From Planctomycetota bacterium (GTDB taxonomy: Bacteria; Planctomycetota; UBA1135), in the NCBI GenBank assembly GCA_045047305.1, contig JASFYO010000082.1:1-64000 (forward strand): a DNA stretch of 64,000 nt. Direction: 5' to 3'. The position numbers were made by a program, and so were the translations under genes. The notes under the pieces were generated by a model. The model did not search any database. It was not told the origin of the DNA and saw only the letters and a program-made list of their open reading frames with translations. Shown piece by piece: positions 57,886-64,000 of this stretch; the first letter of the stretch is position 1, and every line of letters starts with the position of its first letter.

Positions 57886-59790
57886 ATGCCCGTCCTCCTT
57901 AATGCCCAGGATTACCTGGATTTTCTCCGTTCCACCCTTATTCGGGGAGCGGTTGGTCTTCACGAGTGCCAGAAGCAAGGCGAGAAATGGGCTCGCGAGG
58001 ATCAAAGTGCGCAAAAAGTGCAAGAATTGCACGCGCGTGCAGTTTCGACCTTAGTTGAAGAGGCCGACGGCGTCGAGCAGGCCCATATCGTGGAGCAGCA
58101 GGCTGCTATGGTTTTGGCGCAAACCCTTTTAGCCTTTGCCAATCACCTTCAAAAGGGTTGGGAAGCGTTGCTCGGAGAGGATGCCCAAGCCCGTTTAGGA
58201 CTTCTTCTCGATGCTGCCGCGCTTGGAACTTGGAGTTGGAACTTAAAAACGCGGAAGCTGGTCGCAGACTATCGCTTCCATGCGATGCATGGCGGACAGT
58301 GCCGCGGTGCGGTGATTGATCGTGATGACTATTTGCGTCGCGTGCATCCCTTGGATGTCGAAGCGGTCACCAAGTCCACCTTCGCCTTACTCATTGACGA
58401 TGAAGCCATGGACGTGCACTACCGTGTTTTGCTTGATGGTGGCGAAGAGCGGCACATCCGTACTCAAGCCTCTCTCGCTAGAGATGCACAAGGCATTCCT
58501 TTGCGGATGTTTGGCGTGTGTCTTGATATTACCGACACCAGGAAAGCACAACGTGAGCTTGAAGAATTGTCCTGCAGTGACCCCCTGACGGGAGTTTTAA
58601 ATCGCAGGGGGCTGACCAATTCCTTGGAGAAGGAAGTCGATCGTCGGCGTAAGTCGGGCAGTGAGATGCAAGCTCTGTTTTTAGATCTTGACGACTTCAA
58701 AAAGATTAACGATGTTTACGGGCATTCGATTGGGGATGAAGTCCTGCAGTCGGTTTCACGCATCTTACGTGAGACGGTACGCGCTTCGGACCATGTTGCA
58801 CGCATTGGCGGCGACGAGTTCTTAGTCATCCTTCCTAATACCAATCGCGAAGAGGCTCGCCCGGTCGCGGAAAAAATTCACCGAGCAATTTCTGAATCGG
58901 TGATTACCCTGAAGTTCCAACATTTGCGGATTGGGGCGAGTTTGGGCATGGTTTCTGCAGCCCGCGACGATGAAATGGTGCAGGACTTATTGGTGCGTAC
59001 TGAGCGCGCTTTGCATAGTGCCAAGCGTTATGGCAAAGGCCAGGTGTTCCACGAAAACAACCTCTTTCGTGGCGGCGAAGACCGCGCCAAAAGCTTTACC
59101 GAAATATTGGAAGAGTTGCATAATCCCAAATCGTATTTCGCGGTGAAGCAAAAATTGATTCGGGTCTTCGATGAAAAAGTAGTGGGCTATGAGTTTTTAA
59201 CTCGCAGCCACTGTGATGCTTTGCGTAGTCCGGAAGATTTTCTCCGTTTTGCGATGGATGCAGGCATTGCCAACGTAGTGGACTTGCATGCTTTTGCTAC
59301 TTGCTGTAAGGCGTCGTCACGAGTGGGTTCCAACTTTCACTGTCACCTGAACCTCTTGCCGTCAACTCTAGAGTCCGTACATCCAGATCAATTATTGATC
59401 CAGCTCGGTGCCGAGCGTGACTTTGGGAATTATTGCATTGAGATTAGCGAGAAAGAGGCGGTGAGAGATCCGCGTAGTCTTCTTCATACGGTCGACGGAT
59501 TACGTGATGTAGGCGTTCAGGTGGCCCTAGATGACATCGGATTTGGCCACTCCAGTTTGGAAGCGCTCATCATGTTGGAACCCGACGTCATTAAGGTAGA
59601 CCGTGCACTGGTCGGTGGCGTACATGGTGATGCCGCGAAACGCAGAGCTCTGGAAAGCCTGTTGCGGGTGGTTGCAACCTGGAATGGCATCGTGGTTGCG
59701 GAGGGTGTTGAGACGCGTGAAGATTTGCGTGTGCTGCAGGACCTAAACGTTCCCTACGTTCAGGGTTTTCTTTTCGGTCAGCCCGAGTAG
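57886..59790 (+). CDS. PAS-GGDEF-EAL c-di-GMP signalling protein
   Basis: VHPLD PAS/PAC; DPLTG, RASD I-site, GGDEF; EFL, DDIGFG, IKVD, AEGVE, QGF. Confidence 0.9.
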   Translation: MPVLLNAQDYLDFLRSTLIRGAVGLHECQKQGEKWAREDQSAQKVQELHARAVSTLVEEADGVEQAHIVEQQAAMVLAQTLLAFANHLQKGWEALLGEDAQARLGLLLDAAALGTWSWNLKTRKLVADYRFHAMHGGQCRGAVIDRDDYLRRVHPLDVEAVTKSTFALLIDDEAMDVHYRVLLDGGEERHIRTQASLARDAQGIPLRMFGVCLDITDTRKAQRELEELSCSDPLTGVLNRRGLTNSLEKEVDRRRKSGSEMQALFLDLDDFKKINDVYGHSIGDEVLQSVSRILRETVRASDHVARIGGDEFLVILPNTNREEARPVAEKIHRAISESVITLKFQHLRIGASLGMVSAARDDEMVQDLLVRTERALHSAKRYGKGQVFHENNLFRGGEDRAKSFTEILEELHNPKSYFAVKQKLIRVFDEKVVGYEFLTRSHCDALRSPEDFLRFAMDAGIANVVDLHAFATCCKASSRVGSNFHCHLNLLPSTLESVHPDQLLIQLGAERDFGNYCIEISEKEAVRDPRSLLHTVDGLRDVGVQVALDDIGFGHSSLEALIMLEPDVIKVDRALVGGVHGDAAKRRALESLLRVVATWNGIVVAEGVETREDLRVLQDLNVPYVQGFLFGQPE

Positions 59791-59812
59791 CCCGCTGGGT
59801 TAGAATCCGGGC

Positions 59813-60400
59813 GTGCTTGCATGGCTCACCCAGCCTATGACCCGCCTTGCAGCGGCGTCCGTCTTAGTCGTCTGCTCTTGCAGTTTGCTAACTAGAAGCC
59901 CTGTTTGCTCCCATCCAAGCTGCTTAGCGCACTTACATCTTGGCGCATCCGAATCAGATGTGATTTCAGGCACTTGGCTTGATGCAGAATGGAAGCGAAC
60001 GGAGATGGTGGGGCCTGTCGGGCGTAATCTGTTGGCCTTGAGGTGTTACTCCTCGGTTTCACCGATCGCTTTTGAAAACGATGAGTTGATAGGATGGGTG
60101 CACCGTTTTCAAGCTGAAAGCTGGGAGCAAAACCCGAGTCTTCGCGTCTTGAAAGGCTTGCAAAGTGGTGACTCTGCAAGCAAGGTGCTTCAAGTTTTAG
60201 GTGCACCAGATCGAAAGGTTAGTTTTCACTCTGCTGCTGGTGACGAACTCGTGATTTGGTCATGGGAAGACCACGCTGTCGCTCTCGGATTTGCCCGGTT
60301 TTTTGAGTTCGATCCACTCGACGGAGTGGAAAAGCTAGACCCTGATTTCACTTTGCGCGGATATGTCGAAGGTTTCGATGATTTCCGCGCCGACGCTTAA
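59813..60400 (+). CDS. Hypothetical exported protein
   Basis: Fills the gap between known genes; hydrophobic N-terminus with Cys; two similar segments (LHLGASESDV / LQSGDSASKVLQVLGAPD); TAGAAT 6 nt upstream. Confidence 0.5.
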   Translation: MLAWLTQPMTRLAAASVLVVCSCSLLTRSPVCSHPSCLAHLHLGASESDVISGTWLDAEWKRTEMVGPVGRNLLALRCYSSVSPIAFENDELIGWVHRFQAESWEQNPSLRVLKGLQSGDSASKVLQVLGAPDRKVSFHSAAGDELVIWSWEDHAVALGFARFFEFDPLDGVEKLDPDFTLRGYVEGFDDFRADA

Positions 60401-61134
60401 GGTTTTAGCTCCACCTTGCCCCACAACTCAGCATCATGTATGTCGTGTTGGTAGTGCGGACTCCAAGCCCAGTCTTGGCGGGAAAAGTTAACCCGCACCG
60501 AATCTCCAGCGGTTGGGATTGTGGCTTTGCCTTCGATTTCCAACGACGTCCAAGGAATAGCAATTTCAACCCACCATCCACGGTCAGCATCGCCTGGCTT
60601 ATCCAGGGTTCCAGAAAGTGCTACCTTGCCGAGGCTTGCAGGGCCGGTGAGATATTCGCTTTTACTTTCGCCCTGGACCACTTGCGTATCTAGCATCCGG
60701 CCTCCGGGTTCTAAGCTAATCATGTGGTAATCGCCAAGTTCCGCGTCGCGGGTGACAAAGGTGAGTAGGCCTTCAAACCCCAAAGACGAGACTGGAATGC
60801 TTTCTAGGTTGGGTTCAATCATCCATACGCCAAGGAATAGGTACTGACGATTCCATAGCATTTTCGCGCGTGATTGATAGCGCGGACGACCGCTGCTGCT
60901 GCCACCAACCTGTACAAAATTTGCAGTCCATGCGACGTTGCGCCAAGCGCGGTCATCGAGGCTGCCATCAATCTTGGGGGCGCTGTGCGTGAACTCCGCA
61001 GCATAGTGACGGGGAATGTCTCCCGCGAGGTCCAGTACCGGATGGTCGGGGGCGCTGGCGCAGGAGGGGAGTAACGAGGCTGCTAATAGTGCGCTTAGTG
61101 CAGCAAAGGTAGAAAGGCTTGGTGTGCGTGGCAT
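60397..61134 (-). CDS. Lipoprotein with CBM9-like sugar-binding domain
   Basis: LPSC lipobox; PKIDGSLDDRAW, AKMLWN..YLF, GWWVEIAIPW, RVNFSR, WSP, ELWG. Confidence 0.78.
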   Translation of the reverse strand: MPRTPSLSTFAALSALLAASLLPSCASAPDHPVLDLAGDIPRHYAAEFTHSAPKIDGSLDDRAWRNVAWTANFVQVGGSSSGRPRYQSRAKMLWNRQYLFLGVWMIEPNLESIPVSSLGFEGLLTFVTRDAELGDYHMISLEPGGRMLDTQVVQGESKSEYLTGPASLGKVALSGTLDKPGDADRGWWVEIAIPWTSLEIEGKATIPTAGDSVRVNFSRQDWAWSPHYQHDIHDAELWGKVELKP

Positions 61135-61718
61135 GGTGGTCAGGATTAGCTTTAGAATCATCTCGCATACGGGTCTAGTGCACAAGGATTAGAAATACGC
61201 AACAGTGGCCGAGCCTGAGCTACTGCCACAGTCGTGTGTGCCTGTGACTCCCAAGGGGTACCTCGCAACGGCTGCGCCTCCCATTAGGCCTTTTACGATG
61301 AACAAGGCAAAGTGTGGATCCTTCTTCGAAATGTCTTCACAGGTTTTGTGCAAGCAGTCGAGCAGCTTCACACCATAATTGGCTACGCTTTTTGGCGTGC
61401 TTGTCGAGTCACAGCTTGCTCCAGGCCTGTACTTGTTTCGGTTCCGGATGCGCGCTGCGCGCGAAATGGAAAAAAGCCCTCCGGCTGCCCCTCGGATTCC
61501 CCCCCCTTAAAGCAGCCAGTGGACTCAGAATACCTTCCAAATTCCCTTTCAGTGGTGTAGACGCCGCTGATACCCCTGCGACACATAGAAATCTCGGTTT
61601 TCTTTGCTTAGAGCTGGATTCCGAGCCGAAGCAAGGGAATAGATTAGGCCAATCGCTGTCTCATCATGCAGACGAAGGTCTTTTTGCCCTTCACCTGATA
61701 AGCTGGCCATTGGCCCTA

Positions 61719-62294
61719 GTGACCGAAGACCAACAAGCATCCGACGCTCTAAAGCGTTGCCATTCCGGCGACGTTGAGGCTCTAGCTGTGCTTTTTGGCA
61801 TCTTTGGCGACCGGGTTTACCGCCTTTGCTTCAACGTGCTCGGATCCCAATCCGATGCCGAAGACGCGGCCCAGGAGGTTTTTTTGCGCGTTTTCGCTAA
61901 GGCTGGGTCATTCGCTGGGCGTAGTCAGGTTTCTACCTGGATCCACCGCCTCACCGTGAACTTCTGCCTCAATCAACTGAAAAGCCGCAAGCGTAAGGCT
62001 ACGACCTCGCTGGAAGCGATTCCGCAGGCAGGCCCTATTACTTCTGTAGATGGAAGTGGCCAGATGGAGCAGCAGGAGACGGTGGTGATTGTTCGTAGTG
62101 TTTTGGCCCGCATGCCCGAAGAAGCTCGAGCCATTTTCCTCCTGCGCGAGGTGGAAGACTGCAGCTACCGAGAGATCAGCGAAATCCTGGATTTGCCTCA
62201 GGGCACTGTCATGTCTCGTCTTTCGCGCGCACGCGACAAGTTTCGCCAACTTGCCGCTGGCTCCGCTACTGATTTAGGAGTGATCTCAGAATGA
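61719..62294 (+). CDS. ECF RNA polymerase sigma factor
   Basis: DAEDAAQEVF, FAGRSQVSTWIHRL, SYREISEIL..PQGTVMSRLSRAR; start inferred at GTG 61719. Confidence 0.9.
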   Translation: MTEDQQASDALKRCHSGDVEALAVLFGIFGDRVYRLCFNVLGSQSDAEDAAQEVFLRVFAKAGSFAGRSQVSTWIHRLTVNFCLNQLKSRKRKATTSLEAIPQAGPITSVDGSGQMEQQETVVIVRSVLARMPEEARAIFLLREVEDCSYREISEILDLPQGTVMSRLSRARDKFRQLAAGSATDLGVISE

Positions 62295-62719
62295 AACAAG
62301 ACCCATCCGTTCTCAATACTCAGCAACGCACTCAACTGCAGGCACCTGTTGCTCCTGCGGGAATGTGGGAGCGCATCGAGCGAGCCGCGCTTCGCCAACA
62401 AGCGGCGGGCCCTCTGGGTGCAGAGGAAGCTCATCCGCTTTTAGGTGGGGTTTCTAGATTTCAGCATCGGCTACGTTTTGTTGCAGCTGGCATGCTTGGC
62501 TTTTTGATGTTCTTTGGGCTGGAGCAAGCGGTGACCCAGAGTGCCGGTGGTGGCGCAAAGACGAGTCTGGTTGCAAGCGGATTGCACCTAGTCGACTACC
62601 TCCGTGAGGAAGTACCGTTGGTTCACGATCCCGCTTCCTATGTCGATGGCATGCAGGGCAGAACTCCTTGGCCGGAGGTGACTCTGGCGACCTACATCAG
62701 TACCAACGAGGCGAACTAA
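62291..62719 (+). CDS. Putative single-TM anti-sigma factor
   Basis: ATGA-coupled to the ECF; APAGMWERIE motif then one TM helix. Confidence 0.65.
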   Translation: MKQDPSVLNTQQRTQLQAPVAPAGMWERIERAALRQQAAGPLGAEEAHPLLGGVSRFQHRLRFVAAGMLGFLMFFGLEQAVTQSAGGGAKTSLVASGLHLVDYLREEVPLVHDPASYVDGMQGRTPWPEVTLATYISTNEAN

Positions 62720-63141
62720 TGAGCATGAACTATATGTCGGTTTTTCTTGGAGGTGCTTTGGCGGCAAGCATTGCACTCAATTTCACGCAATATCAGAAGC
62801 CGGAAGCTGCTGTACATGAGTCGCAATCGCCAGACCACTACGCGGAGCTGGATCTTACTCCAGCCCAAGTTGGCGTCCTCAATCGCTGCGGCACTGCCTG
62901 CTGCGATGCTGCACAGAAGTTACGTGCGGAATCTGAGGCCGTGACCGACGAGCTACGTGTGGCATTGTCCGCCCCAGAAATGGATGAGGATTATGTAAAG
63001 GAGTTGGCGGCAAAGCTTTGCGAGTTGCGCACTAGGGAAGTGGATAACAACATCGCCACTTTGCTTGAAGTACGCAATGCGTTGGAGCCGCAGCAAGTAC
63101 GCGCTTTGTATCGGGTACTTTATCCCGAGCAAGGCCAGTAA
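62719..63141 (+). CDS. Periplasmic heavy-metal sensor (CnrX/ZraP/Spy-like helical protein)
   Basis: N-terminal anchor; LDLTPAQ and ALEPQQ repeats of the LTxxQ type; CGTACC cluster. Confidence 0.7.
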   Translation: MSMNYMSVFLGGALAASIALNFTQYQKPEAAVHESQSPDHYAELDLTPAQVGVLNRCGTACCDAAQKLRAESEAVTDELRVALSAPEMDEDYVKELAAKLCELRTREVDNNIATLLEVRNALEPQQVRALYRVLYPEQGQ

Positions 63142-63201
63142 TCGGCTTGCTCTCGGACAAAAGCTGGTCAAACAGACGTCTCTGTGTTATCAAGGAGGGG
63201 C

Positions 63202-64000
63202 ATGCGTTACCTCTCCGCCATCCTTCTCCTGACACCGCTATTCTCCGCTGGGCTTCGCGCACAATCAGACGAGATTTTTAGCGAGGCCGATTACGATAAA
63301 AACATGCAGCAGGTGATGGAGCCGGATCAATTTCCGGTGCTGCATCACCCACCCATGGCAACGGTGATGGAAGCTGGGCTTGAAATTGATGCCGATGAAC
63401 CGGTGATTGGCTTGTTCCTCGGCGGTGAAGCGCGCGCTTATCCGATTTCGGTTATGGGTGGCATTGAGTTGGTGAACGATACATGCGGCGATATTCCTGT
63501 CGCAGTCAGTTGGTGACCTCTCTGTCAAACGGCCATCGTGTATGGCCGCACCGTGGATGGAAGAGTGTTGAACTTTGGACATGAAGGCGTGCTTTATCGA
63601 AACTCCTTTGTCATGTACGACAAAGAGACCAACTCGAAGTGGCTGCACGTTACCGGGGAGGCCTTGAAGGGCGAGTTGAAGGGTAAAAAACTGGGCTTCA
63701 TTCCATCTGAGATCATGCCGTACAAGACGTGGAAGAAACGTCACCCCAAAACCGGTGTGTTGTTGGGGGAAAAGGTCAGCGGCATGATGGGCTCCTTCGT
63801 GTTGAAAGATCGGATCAAAAGTTTCGGTTTGTCGGTAGGCGAAGGGCGCGACGTCACCCTGTTCCGCTTTTCCTTGCTCGACCGGATTCCCGTTCTAGAT
63901 ACCACCGTGGCCGACGCTCCTGCAGCCATTTGCTTTGACCGAGAAGCTGTCTACGCAGTGGCCTTCCGCAGTCATCTGAAAGGTCGCCGCTTGCACTTCT
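63202..64000 (+). CDS. DUF3179-family (seleno)protein with UxxC motif, runs off the window end
   Basis: SD AGGAGG, signal peptide, GEARAYP, ELVNDT, then VAVSW-TGA(63514)-PLCQTA. The frame stays open to 64000 with FGHEGVLYRNSFVMYDKETNSKW..TGEA. The family motif is TYCPLC. Confidence 0.88.
63530..63548 (+). promoter_or_regulatory. SECIS-like hairpin
   Basis: CGGCCAT-CGTGT-ATGGCCG, perfect 7-bp stem; loop has G at position 2 and starts 20 nt after the UGA. Confidence 0.65.

Noticed and set aside
61189..61718. 60-aa ORF 61189-61371, the 135-aa N-terminal extension of the ECF ORF, or an ncRNA in this gap
   Set aside because: No recognisable motifs or convincing structure; sigma homology starts near 61719. 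The gap remains unexplained.
1..64000. Transposase, integrase, prophage, rRNA, tRNA or sel machinery genes
   Set aside because: None recognised by eye. tRNA-Sec and selA/selB/selD must lie elsewhere if the selenoprotein calls are right.

Overview
Bacterial chromosomal window, standard code with UGA normally a stop. The gene content is Planctomycetota-like, which is inference only. In order it holds: (1) the end of an operon with a KamA-like C-terminus, pcaI/pcaJ-type CoA-transferase and a non-HemL class III aminotransferase; (2) hldD and nucleotide-sugar genes; (3) a ~20 kb heavy-metal block with two parallel cassettes (Cys-rich leader, TolC, MFP, RND, four-repeat YHS-like protein), one Czc-type and one Cus-type, plus CopA and DUF2231; (4) a GH13 amylase and a family of large membrane-anchored paralogs with truncated remnants; (5) a tandem pair of MASE3-like hybrid kinases, one with His->Gln; (6) lhgO, an ECF module and a fad cluster; (7) an M13 peptidase, a PAS-GGDEF-EAL protein and a second ECF/anti-sigma/metal-sensor operon. 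Best discoveries, both split by the ORF track: an exported outer-membrane barrel with an N-terminal U-G-G-U (two in-frame UGA, SECIS-like GGUC hairpin) divergent from the copper cassette (26900-27838), and a DUF3179 protein with UxxC (63202 to window end). Also notable: an RGPP-ending leader plus hairpin ahead of the Cus operon, and a possible aminomutase/beta-transaminase/3-oxoadipate CoA-transferase pathway. All family calls come from motif recognition, not database searches. No rRNA, tRNA, CRISPR array or transposase was recognised.
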